Positions 49,677 to 61,721 of a stretch of 64,000 nucleotides of DNA are shown here, piece after piece. The stretch is taken from positions 6,472,367 to 6,536,366 of the forward strand of contig CM119267.1 in the NCBI GenBank assembly GCA_051294375.1, in the 5' to 3' direction. Numbering within the stretch: position 1 is the stretch's first letter; each line of letters begins with the position of its first letter. This stretch comes from Paraspadella gotoi. Its lineage: Eukaryota; Animalia; Chaetognatha. A program made the translations under genes and the position numbers. The notes under the pieces were generated by a model. That model ran no database searches, was not told where the DNA came from, and saw only the letters and a program-made list of their open reading frames with translations.

Positions 49677-50375
49677 CTACAGAAGGCTTCATATTATAAA
49701 ATGTGGTACCCCTTTTTTGTGACCAGAATCTGTTCCCACCAAACTACCTGATCAAATTTAATTAAATTTTACATTTAGAGCGCTAATGACTATATAAATG
49801 GAACTATCGAGGGGAATTTTGATATTCAACCCCTGACAAGAGATACAGGGCCCTGGGGGTGGACCCCTGGGGGACCAAAAAATTTTAAAATTTTTTTTTC
49901 ATTTTTCAAAATTTTTTAGTAGCATCAGGTGCATTGGTATTTTAAACATAAGAAAAAACATTTTATAACTAAAATTGATAAATTTGCCATAATTAAGCAT
50001 GGTTGAAGATGCATGGTTCATCGTTTTACTTCCAATTTTCCCAAATTATTCCAAATCTGACTAACTGCTGATATTCATAAAGCTAAAAATTAAGGTAAAT
50101 GAATATTTTTGAGGTAATAAATACGTTTTTGTGGAAGAGTAAACGTCTGTGCAACTGTTCAAAACAAAAATAAAAAAAAAATAAATGGATGACCCCGGGG
50201 GGCCCATATCTCGGCTCAGCGGTCAAATATTGAAATTCGCCTCGATAGTTATATTTGTATTCACATAGGGATCGTTCATTCCAAATTTCAATAAATTTGG
50301 TCCAGTAGTTTTCTCGGAACAAGTTCTAGTCACAAAAGAGGGGTATCTCATTTTATAATATGAAGACTTCTATAG
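49677..50375. mobile_element. MITE/foldback element with ~180-bp diverged terminal inverted repeats
   Basis: CTACAGAAGGCTTCATATTATAAAATG..TTTTGTGACCAGAA mirrors 50316-50375; AACTATCGAGGGGAATTT..GGGCCCTGGGGG (49802-49859) mirrors ~50192-50250. Confidence 0.8.
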
Positions 50376-51134
50376 ATTTACAAGGTGACGCACCGCAACC
50401 CGCCGCGAGAAAAAAATCGTCATTTACAAACCTTTAAAGATTTTTTTTAATCTGAAAGATTTTTGGGGGGTAAAAACCAGTCATATATTTTAATTTTATA
50501 TTGATTGGTTTGATTTCACTTGGCAATGAGCGGAGAAAAGTTGCCATAAAGATTATTTTAAAACATTTCTTTTTTTTTTAATTTTCTGAATATTTTTTTT
50601 AAAAAATGTATGATAAAAATATCTACTGGAAGCTTTTTGAAATTTGAAGAGAATGATATATTTAAGAATATTTTAACATAAAAATAAGCTTAATCAGTTA
50701 AGCATAATTAAGATGATCAAAATTGAAATTAAATATTAAAATATATTTTATCAAATATCTGACCTATTTAAATTATGGCTTATTTTTACATTCGCCGACC
50801 GGGACTTTTTTGCGGTTGGTTATTTTTTTTTCTGCTTCTTATGAGCAACGTATATAAAACTCATTACGCAAAAATAAAAAAAAAATTGGTAAAAGTAAAA
50901 AAACTTTGGTTACTTTTACTTTCGCCGACCGGGGTTAGGGTTGGGTTAGGGTTAAGGGTGGTTTAGGGTTAGGGGTGGTTAGGGTAATTAGGTAATATTT
51001 TTTTAAAATTTTTGTTTAAAAATAAATATTTTTAAATAGTTTTTCAAAAGCCGCCAAAACCGCGGTCGTCGAAAGTAAAATTCAGCCAAAAACTTTTTAT
51101 TACAAATTAGAATTATTAAGAAATATAAATGTTG

Positions 51135-51176
51135 GATATTTTTCGGCTTCAATGTAAAACCTTCATCAGCGCAAAA
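51135..51176 (-). ncRNA. Hammerhead motif, left arm of foldback
   Basis: Minus strand reads TTTTGCG-CTGATGA-A-GGTTT-tacatt-GAAGCC-GAAA-AAT-ATC; stem III diverged. Confidence 0.6.
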
Positions 51177-51270
51177 ACGAATTGATTTGTAAAAAAATAT
51201 TTTTACAGACTTTGAAGTTTAAAGAGAAAGAAAGAATCAGTGAAAATATTTGTTTTATAAATCAATTAAT

Positions 51271-51316
51271 TTTTGCGCTGATGATAGTTTACATTGAAGT
51301 CGAAACATGTCCAAAA
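51271..51316 (+). ncRNA. Hammerhead motif, right arm of foldback
   Basis: TTTTGCG-CTGATGA-TAGTTT-acatt-GAAGTC-GAAA-CAT-GTC-CAAAA; core and palindromic stem III intact, stem II imperfect. Confidence 0.65.
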
Positions 51317-53812
51317 TTTGTTTTTTTAATAAATCTCATTATATATAATAAAAAAATATAAAAATTTGTAGCCAAATTTTACTTTCGCCGACCGCGGTTT
51401 GAGCGTTTTAAACCACCCCTAACTCTAACCCCTGTCAGCGAAAATAAAAACATTTTTGTATTATATTTTTTAAATGGTTAGCAATTGGGTTAAGGTTGGT
51501 TAGGGATTAGGGGTGGTTAAGAATTTATAATAAAAAGCTTTTCTACCCTTACCAGTGTCTTTTTTTACGTAATAAAATTTTTTATTACGTTACTCATAAG
51601 AAGCAAAAAAAAAAAAAAAAAAAAAAACCGACCGCAAAATCCCGGTCGGCGAATGTAAAAATAAGCCAAAAAGACCAAAGAACTTCAGTCTCGCTGAACA
51701 AGGCTATCAAAACAGCAGGACTGCTGACGGGTGAACAGTCTCCAATCCAAAGAGTCTCAGCGTTGACCCGAAAGACTTGTGGGTAACGAAGCGCGCTTCA
51801 GAGAAAGTACTAAGCGTATGAACTGCTGACAGTGGGTACTCCACAAAATAGTGGATAGGACGATGCACCACGGAACATTTCATAAATCAAAGACTTTAGT
51901 TTTCTGAAAGAAGTTACCCTTTATCGCTATCTTTACACTTGTACATGTACCTGCAGGTTCCTATTCATTTGCGTGCTAGTGTTAGTATTACTAATCGTTC
52001 AGTTTCTTTCTAACTCATGCGAGAAAAAAAATTCATAATAGACCAGTAAATATTTAAATTTTTAATTTGTGTCAGTTAAATTTCTCAAGACAGAATTTAT
52101 ACAGAACGACCAGAGGCCAACTTAACATTGTTAGCACAAAAAAATACTATCGTTCTCCCATCTTGTTGAACAATTAAAAATTAATTATCTACTAATGGTT
52201 CTATAATCTTAATATATTAACATAATAATAAAAAGAATGACTTCAATCTCTGAAGGCGTTAAAATGAGATATTAATAATCATCTAAACTTAGGCTAGAAT
52301 AACCCAAGAAGCTAGATGGCTTGATTGTTGGAAAAAAAAAACCGAGGGTACCATACAGATTCACGAGATAATTTGACACGATTATCATAAAGCCATTAAG
52401 CAAGCGACAGTAAGACTCTAGAGAAACAACTACGAAAAGCCACCTTACTCCAAACTCGATGCCAATGGGCTTTATTAATCATCGAAATACATTACTAAAG
52501 TTAAAACTAATTTCTTCGAGGATTTTCCGAAGAAACGGTTCACGGTTATCTGAAAGTCAAATTGAGTCTCGGATTTTTTTTGCCTCATCACTCGATGGCG
52601 AACAAAATCGAGGAAAAGAAATTTGACTAGAAGAATGGACGGGAAAAAAACAGCATGATAGTCATGCAGACGTGACTAGCCGTGAACAGTAATATATCGT
52701 TCGATCTAAGTAACGAAGTCGAGGCGAACAATTTGCATTTAATGGAAAACATTATGAAATACACGTAGAGACAACACCAGAGGCACGAAAAACGAAGATC
52801 AAATTAAATATCATGTTAGGGTGTATCATAATCCTATAAAATTGACCTGTTTTATAATGGAATTTGTAAGTCCTGAATATACATTAAGAATGGAATCTTT
52901 GTTAATATCTTTATAGTTGGATTAAAAGGTGAGTAAAAACCAACCAGACCAACTAGTAGTCTAACACAGTGTCCATAACAGTAGCCCTTTTGTCGTCAGT
53001 AAAATAATAATTAGCAGAAATTGTAATAAAGGTTAGTCTTATTCCACTATGACAATACGTATTTGAGTTGAGCCCTAAAGAGCAGACTTTAATAAGGTGT
53101 AACAATTAGTAAAACCTTTTAAATAATCACTATCGTAGTTAAATATAAAAAACTGATAATGAACAACTCGTCCCACGGAAAAGAAAATAAATCACAAAAT
53201 TGTACTGTGTCGCAATGTATTACATTGTATATATATTATATATATTGTAAATGTTATGCTTGGTGAAAGTTCCGAGTCTTAATTCTTCTAAACACGTTAG
53301 ATGCTGTGCACGACCGCTAAAGACAAGCAATACTGAAGGGTCAAGATTTAAAAAAAAAATCTGAAAAGAAATTGAACTTAAAAGGGGAAAACGTTGTTTG
53401 ACTTGAGCGCGAAATGGCGACAATTTTACTTATTGTCTTATACTAATTCTCTTTCTCAGCCATATTAGAAAACTCGCGCTTTTCAAGATCGTCGACAACA
53501 AATTGATTGAGGCGGGGCGTAAAGTGCAGACATCGCGGCCGAAAACAACGAGCGAAAAAAAAAAATAAGGGCGTAACAGAGATCACGGGAGAATTTTTCG
53601 AGTCGGCGATCTTTTTTTTGTGGGGGGGGGGTCGAAATTTCTTCGGGTTCTCCTCCCCGCATAACTGATTTTTTAAAACTCCCTTATTTAAGGGTTGAGT
53701 GGCGTAATTTTGTTGCCGAAGAATGAAAAAGGCGCGCAGAACAGCGAGGTTAGACGCCCAGACTTGTGTGTGTTGGCAGTTCTCGAGTTGTCCGAAAAAA
53801 AGGGGGCTAATT

Positions 53813-56219
53813 TTATGTGTTGACGTTTGTTCTTTTTCTTACTTCGCTGCTGCTGCTGCTAGGTGCGACGGCGGTGTCGGCGTCATTAGGTTGAGAGTCG
53901 GCGGCTTCTTCTAAAAAAAAGGGGAAGGGAATACTCAGCTCAGCCGAAATAAAAAAAATAGGAGCTCGGCGTTTAATATATTATCAATTCGCTTACCAGT
54001 CTTTGCTTTCTTTCGCTTTTCATAAAGTAAAGTTCCGAGGCCTAGAATTAGCACCTGAAAAAGGAAACGGTTGAAAGGGAAACGCAATCGGCGACATAAA
54101 CATCGCTATTGACATTCCCTCACCTCAATCACAATGCCAATGGCGGGCCAAAGGGCGGCGTATCTGCCCTTGACTCGCAACAGCATGGCTCGGCTTCCCC
54201 GGAGTTGTCCCTCCATTTTGTCCGCGACGCGGACTTTGCAAGTATAGCGGAAACGATCATCCTTCGTGACGCCATCTGGTAGATAGAGATGAGCTAGAGA
54301 GAGGGAAGCCAAATAAAAAAGGCAGAGGCGTACTGGGATCGATGAGCTCGTAGGAGGACTTCCAGACGTCGTCGTGGCCGGCGCCGGGGCTGTCGATTTG
54401 GCGCCACCTAGAGGCGTTTCCCGTTTCTTTGGCGCCTTCCACCTCCGGCGTGATCGACCAAGAAAATTCGGGTTTCGCACCTTCGATTAGACGAATGTGA
54501 CTTACATGGTTAATACCTAACTAAACGGATTTCAAATCGGAGTGAAATGAAAAGTTTTGTTATTACTCTCTACTGACTTAATGAAATTGGTACAACCAAT
54601 ATAATATGATTGATATTTGATAATTTCATTAGCTAAAAAATTCCCTGACGTTAATGTTCCTAAGAAAGTTGCAAATTGAGAATATGTTTATTTTTTTACA
54701 ACTGGTGCGCTTGCCTTACAGCAGCTTTTTTTGTAGAATTTTTCCCCTCTTGATTGAAAATTTAATTTCAAACTCATTATGAAAAAAAATTGAGACGAAT
54801 ATTACAATATTTAGTATTATATCTAGGGAGCATGAAAATATATTCTCATTAATATATTTTAAGGTTTAGTGAGGTAACAGGCTCTTTCCAGATGATTGTT
54901 TTAGAAAAACTATAAAATGTCATTGTGGCTGTGAAAAAGTTTTTGACATTCTGATTGCTCAGACACATACTTTAATGTCGATATTTGTAAAATGAACCTA
55001 AATTTTTTAACATTTTTTTTTTCATAAAAATATACATTAGAACAGTAAGGTGCTATTCAAATGCAAAAATTATCTTTTTTTAAAATTCGACCATGGCATA
55101 AATGAGCACTTAACTAAAAAAACTACTGGGAGTTAAAAAAGAAAAAAAAACACTATAATGAATAATTTCGCCACAGTATTCGATCTTTTCATTTCACTCA
55201 AATTTGAAATCCGCGTAATTTATACCATATAGAGACAGAAACTAAATCCCATTCTTCTATCATCAAGAACCTTCGGAAACGACGAAGGCTTCGCACTCAA
55301 ATTTGACGGCCTCGCCCTCGTTGACCGTGTACGAATCGCGGTGATTCTCTTTATCGTCCAGGATCGCCAGACGCCGAATGAATGGCGGACCTGGACGAGG
55401 GAGAAAAGATCACGAGGACTCCTCAGACTCCTCAGACTCAGAAAGCAGAGTTTTCTCTCGGAGAGGTTCCAGGTTTCTCCTTAGTAAGGAGTCCTTACCC
55501 TTAACGATGTAGGTATTGTCCTTGCAAGTCCACGTGCCAAGGTAATACTGAAACGGGGCTTCTTGATGCAACTTGATAGAAAGAGAGTAGACCTCGTTGC
55601 CCAAATCGTTTTTTTCCTTGATGATTTTGAGGGGGGCGTCGGGATCGTCCGCTTCTGAGATTTCCGAGATCAAAGGACGTGATGAGGGGTAAAGAGAAAT
55701 TTTTTTTTTATATGGCAACAGCCGGGTTGCCTGTGATGCCCATTGGGTTGGCTTTGGGGGCTTCCGACCCTAAGTGACGCCTCCAGTCACTGGCGCGGTT
55801 ACCCTAGGACGGTCTCGCTTTGGCAACGCAGAGGGAAGTCGTTAGGACTATAGATAGAAAACTACGCCTGGGATGGTGTGTTCCCCCTCTGAACCAATAG
55901 ATTTGGCTGAAGGATGGTGGACGTGAGGCGGTGTGAATATACCGCCACATTTACTTCTTTTACTGGACGAATCTTACCGGAGTGCCGCTCGATGTCGAAC
56001 AATTCTCCGTTGGGCTTGTGGTGGATCCAGTTATTATCTTCGCATCTGACAAGAAAATTAAGCGATTTAGGCTTTGAAAGTTCTACAAAAATATTAAATA
56101 AGTACTTACTTCATCGGCGAAGAGGAGGAGTTCAGCAAGAGAATGTATTCGACGCAGGAGACATAAAACGGCAAAATTGCGAGAAAAGCGGCGGAAAAGA
56201 GTTTCTTTGAAGGCGACAT
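53813..56219 (-). CDS. Bsg: Basigin/neuroplastin (CD147) family two-Ig-domain membrane protein
   Basis: Exons 56219-56110, 56045-55978, 55654-55499, 55390-55271, 54480-54334, 54275-54124, 54054-53997 and 53910-53813 join in phase. Signal peptide, two Ig cysteine pairs, diagnostic TM with intramembrane Glu (LRVKGRYAALWPAIGIVIEVLILGLGTLLYEKRKK) and tail EVRKRTNVNT. Confidence 0.9.
55711..55949 (-). mobile_element. 239-bp LTR-like element with 4-bp TSD carrying a twister ribozyme (copy 2)
   Basis: Reverse complement of 11365-11619 with a 16-nt deletion and scattered substitutions; flanked by TTTA (55707-55710 and 55950-55953). Confidence 0.9.
55747..55827 (-). ncRNA. Twister ribozyme, type P5 permutation (copy 2)
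   Basis: Same 81 nt as 11487-11567 except one mismatch in P5 and one at the base of P3. Predicted cleavage between 55801 and 55800. Confidence 0.8.
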
Positions 56220-57434
56220 CTGTCGGAATAGGTGTAAATCACGAAAAAGGGTGTAAACGAGTAAATAATAAAATGAAAGCTACAAAATACGCTATAAAAA
56301 ATAAAGCGCCTTAATTTCGGCAAAAAAAGGAGATTTTATTTGGTTTTCGTTTTAGTTTGGGAAATGAAAACGCAACTAACAGGTGACCTTATAAGTCAAA
56401 CGTTTTTGAAAAGAAGATACAACAATAGCACATCGAATAGCAAATTACATGCATGAGTATAATGGCTATAAATTTTGGTTACAATCTTCGTAAACGAGTA
56501 AACAAGTACCTTGGCCGTCCTTAAAATAAAATTAGAGTCAACAAAAATAATATCTACGCACTTAATTCAAATTTGTTTTGCCTCGGAATAAAATAGAAAA
56601 TATATTTAAAAAATATCCTCTTTTCTTTCGGCCAGAATCGTTTTACTTAAATTTCGAAAAGTAATTAAAAAAAAACATCGAACAACTATGAAACTACATT
56701 TATTATAAATAACTATTAAAAAGGCTCAAATCAGCAACCAAAACAATTGCGAATAAATGAATAATTTGAGCCGAACCCATACAAACATTTTGAAGAAAAC
56801 GAGTAAAGGTAAGCGTAAATCGGAAGAAACCAAATAGAAAAGCGCAATCTACATAGTAGTAAAGAAAATTTTTTTCTTGGGCCACGGATTAAAATAACGG
56901 TAGAGAAAAAAATCACAAAAGGTTATCTTTTTTCGGCGAGCCAACATTCGACACGGTGCTTCTTACCGACTCATTCAACCAATTTGTTAGACATCGGTTT
57001 AAATCTTTGGAAGTAGGATTTAGATTTCAAAGAGAAAATTCATATCAACAAGCATTTAGAAGAGACAACAAAAATCGCAAAGGTTTTTAGCACGAATTTT
57101 AAACATACCATTTTGCAATCAGACTTGCTACAAGTTATCTTTAATCTTTGAATTTGAATCAACTGGCAAGATTTAGATGGAGGGAAGCAACGACTGGCAA
57201 AAAAAAAATTCGGACAACTTTGCATCGTCGTTATTTAGTCGAAAAAACAATTTAAAAAAAATTTTACGATGGTCGCTAAGGAACACGGCGACGAATTTTT
57301 TTGACAAACACAAAGCAAAACCATTCGGTTACGTATTTTTTGGGGTTTTTGTTTTTTAATATAAATCCACAAGCGCACAAAATATTAAGATGGATAGCAA
57401 GTGCGCGCGCATATAATTTGGCACATTTCCAGTC

Positions 57435-60400
57435 TCAACAGTTAACTTCTTCTCCGTCGCCTTCGGCGGCGTCCGTCGTCGCAATAAAACTTAGCCTCGT
57501 GTCACGATCACCTAAAAAAAAAAAACAACCAGTTACATCAATACATTTTTTTTGTCCACCTAAACATGATCGACAATATTATAATAGTTTGGCTTGGTTC
57601 CGTAACACGGACATACCCGATTTAAAATCGGCGGCAGAGGGCGCGGGAGTGTTCTCGACGAAAATATCTTTGCCGGTACTTCTTTCGATTACGATCATTC
57701 CTTTCCTCTCTCTCGAGACGGCAGCGTTGAGGTGGCCGCTGGCCGCCTCGAGATATCTCTGGGCCATCGTCTTGGCGTGACCAAACGGCGGGAGAAAATC
57801 TGAAAAAAGAAAACGAAAATAAATTCTAAATATAAAAAAATGGCTTTTCCTATCTCTCACCTTCGCTTTTCGTCTTCTCGTTCAAAACGTCGGGGGCCTT
57901 TTCGATATCGCTTTGCCATCGAAGATCTCCGTTGATCATCCTCGCCGGTTTCGGCGATGCCTTGGTCGGGACGCAGATCCCGCCGTTTCTTGGGGAAACG
58001 GCGATGTTACCGGCAGAAAGGCCTGAACCCGCGTTTTCCTCGACTCGTGGAGGGGTCATGACCCTCGGCCGGGGCGGCGAGGTCTCGATGCCGACATTCT
58101 CCTTATCAACGACTCCGCCCTTTTCAAAAAACTTAAAGATGTCGTTGATGTTATTCTTCTTTTCGACGTCGTCTTCGTAGGAGGAGACCCGATTTCGGGC
58201 GCGCGGGGAGATATCCGCGTCGCTCTTCGGCGCGGCGGCTTCGCGAGCTTGTTGAAATGGGGCGGCGATGTTACAGGCGGGACTGAGACTGCGGATGAAC
58301 TCTTCCTTTTTGTCGCCGTAGGCCGGCTTTACGAACTCGGATCGAGACATGCGATTCTTGGCATAGAATCCGTCCTCATTCTCCTGGTTTTCAAAGATCT
58401 TCAGCAACGAAGAATTAAGCTTCTTGATCTTCCCCGTGGCCACTTTGGTCTCCACTTCCGCTTCCAGATCCCGGATCGTCTTGTCCTCTTCGCTACCGAC
58501 TACCCCGTTTGGGGGCGAATCGTTTTTTTCTCGGACTTTAGATTGCTGGGCGTTGTTGCGGGGGGAATCGGAGGACGGCTTCCAAGATGGTCTTGGTGCC
58601 GGAGGCGCCTGAGCCTTTGAGACTCGATCGGCATTCACCGGTGCCGCCTTCGTGGACGACGATAAGGCCATCGTCTCGACCTGCTTGGCCCACGTCTCGG
58701 CTTTCTTCACCGGCGTCTCGATCTTCCTCGTCGTAGTCTCGAGATTATCCGCCGTCGCTTCGGGCTCTTTTCTCTGCTCGAAGAAAGAAAGCTGAGACGC
58801 CAGGCTGTTGGCGACGCCGCGCCCTTTTCCCTGCCCACTCTTTCTCTCGGCGTCATTGCATGGAGGTGACGCCAACTCTTTAGTCGGCGACCCCAACTCC
58901 TTAATCGTCGAAGGCGCCTCAGCGTCACAGAATTTCTCAGGAGATTTCTTGACCAACGTCGCCGGCGTCTCCGATGCCGAAAACCGGAAATGGCTTCGTC
59001 GGTTCGTTGCTTCGACTACGCTGTTGGGAAACGGCGTCACCGGTGTCAGCTCCGGCGAGGTGACCGAAAAGAACGCCGTGGACGGGCGGTTCGAGTCCAG
59101 GGGAGAAATAGTTTGATCTCCAAAAACGCTGGCGTCCTCGCCGTCTGCGCCGAGGACGTCAGGCTCGAAGCGCTTGGTGGACTTCAAGGCGGACATGACG
59201 GAATCGCCGAACGAATAATCTTCCTCGCCGGCGGAGGACGACTCGTCGACGCGAATATCGAAGAAGGAATCTCGGGCGGAATAAGTGGACGTCGACTTGA
59301 TGGCGTCCCGTGCCGCAGCAGAGCTCGAGGCGCCGCTCTCCTCCGCCAACCGCCGAAAATCGTCTTCGTTGGAGGCTCGATCCGCGGAAGGAGAAACGAG
59401 CGAAGCGTTGGCCCGCAGCGCGTCGTCGAATGTGAAGTCGTCTTGGGCAGACATCGGGGATAAGTCGGTGGGGCGGCGAGTAATGTCGTTACGACGCGCG
59501 GTCGGGGAAAGAGAAGGAGAGAGAGACGGGGAAGTTTCGGCGAAAGCAGCCATCGAGATTTCAAGGTCGGATTTGAGGGCGGGATCGTCGTAACGAGCCT
59601 TCTCGATCTCGTCCTCGGGTTTCGCCGACTCCCTCGACTCGGGCGACTCAACGGATGCCTCGTCGGGCGACTCGGGTAGAATCGGGTCTCGTCGAACCGT
59701 CGAGAGCAGCGGCGATGTCTTCGTCGGCCCGGCTTCCTCAGCCGGTGAAGGTTGACTCGTCGCTTCTCGGGCTAAGGGGCTTATACCGATTCTGGAGGGA
59801 CAAAGTTTAAAAAATTGAAATCGATCAAAACGATTGAGAATTAGAAACCCAAATCGACAATCACCTGCTTTCCTTTCCGGATGGATTAGTCGTCGACTTT
59901 CCTCCTGAATCTAAAAATAAATGAGAAGAGATTAAAAGTTTTATTAAAACATCCGGATGTACGAGTTTAAAACGGGAAACTCACCGAAAGAGAAATGTAC
60001 GTAGGGTTCGAAGTCAGACGGAGTTTCCGCTTCCATCAAACTCCCAGAATTTTCTTCGCTCTTTTCCTCCAGAGAATCATCCAATTCGCTTTTGTCCTGT
60101 TGATTTTTTAAAAGTGGAATTTAAAACTTAACTTGTACGTAAAGTAAACATAAAATTTTAATGTTTTATGAATGATACTAAAAATGATTTGACCCGGAAA
60201 AAGCATAACATGCTTCGGGTCCACCGAAACGAAGAAAGCCCAAAGCAGCAATTGCAACATCTCTTATTCCCTTATATCTCCCCCCCTTCCGAGAAATTGC
60301 AAACAATCTCTTTACCTCTTTGAAAACATTCTTGAAATTTTTCTTGAGTTGACTCAAAGCTGATCCCGGTTTGGCCTCTTCGTCGTCGTCGGTCGGAGAA

Positions 60401-61721
60401 GGCCGATCATTGGTTTGGGCCTCGTCGTCGTCGTCGTCTTGGTCGTCGTCCGCCGAGACGACGCCTCTGATCGGAGCATCGACGAGATTATCGACGGCGA
60501 CGGCGTCGGGGACACGCTCCACCGGATCCAAGACGATGAATCTTCGACAAGCGTCGTCGTCGTCGCCCTCCTCCTCTGTTACCTCTGCCTTTTCCCCTGC
60601 CAACACTTTATCGTCGACGAGATCCGGCAGAGTCGTGGGAAGGGATTCCACTAAATAATTAGGAGCAAATACGGATTCACTAATTCGATGATTAATTCAC
60701 AAAATCAATAATTCAATTCCATTCATTCCAGAAGAACCCGAATTGCTTGTTTTTGTACCTTCTCTAAACAAATCCTCCTCGCTCTTGGTCAATTCCACGC
60801 TGCCCCTGTGACCGAGAGCCGTTTCTCGGTCCTCGACGGAGGCCGCGGCCGGGTCCGCCGAGAACAGGGGGGCGGCGCGGGGAACGACTTCTCGGGGACT
60901 AGCAACGCCACTGCTGCTGCACGACTGTGTCATGTCGGGGCTGCTGGAAACAGCCATCGCGTGACCGTAGACGTCTGCCGGATCGTCGTTCTCGCTTCGA
61001 GGGGAAAAAGATTTGTCATTGAGGGGGGTTGCAGGGTTAGACGAGAACAATAACAACTTACCTGTGGTGAGACTCGATCATCTCTTGGCTGACGTCGGAA
61101 TTCTCGGCGGTGTTCTCGCTGCACGTGATGTCGGAACTCCCTTCGCTGAAGGTGCGATTCGGACTTCCGACGGAGAGATGCCGACTGGGCCGATAAAAAA
61201 GATTTGCTTTCTCCTTCGTTTCAATTTTTTAAAAAATTATATATTCAAGAAATATTTCTTGAATCCTCACCCTTTCGACGGCGAGGCATTGGCGCAAAAT
61301 GGTTTGTCTCCTTTGGGATTGGAATCTACGACGGCGGCGTTGTCCACGACGCCCGTCATCGCGGCCTCCGAGTCGTCGTCGTCGTCGAAGACGCCGCGCC
61401 CTAGTCTGAGAGTGGAAGAGCATGGAGGGCCTTTGGCGCCGATGACGCCGCGGTCGGCTAAGCGCGAGTAGGCGTCTTCGTTGGAAGTTTCGCTGGCGGA
61501 TATGGTGGAACTGAGAAAGGAGAGGTTTAGAAACAGAATTGTGCGATAGTAATGAAGTCTTAACTGGCGAGATCTCTTTACCTAGCGGGCAATCCAGGAT
61601 CGATGTTGGCGTTGAGGATGTGCGTCGGCGATAGGTCGGCCGAGTCGAGTTCGACCCCGTTGACGTGGCTGCCGTTGCGCAACGTCGTCGTCGGTTCGGT
61701 GCTGAACAAATTCAAATCCAT
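57435..61721 (-). CDS. Large low-complexity (S/P/E/D-rich) uncharacterised protein, multi-exon
   Basis: GC-rich exons bounded by GT-AG, including a ~1.9-kb exon (~57861-59790, 567-aa ORF), 57799-57617 and last exon 57511-57435. Probable ATG at 61721; internal exon joins not all verified. Confidence 0.7.

Larger units (their letters stand above)
50776..51668. mobile_element. ~890-bp foldback element with TTAGGG-like internal repeats and two central hammerhead motifs
   Basis: Ends TGGCTTATTTTTACATTCGCCGACCGGGA / TCCCGGTCGGCGAATGTAAAAATAAGCCA; arms mirror inward to ~51220. GGTTAGGG-like units at ~50933-50983. Confidence 0.85.

Noticed and set aside
50933-50983. True telomere or chromosome-fusion scar
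   Set aside because: Repeats are short, degenerate and embedded in both arms of a dispersed foldback element.
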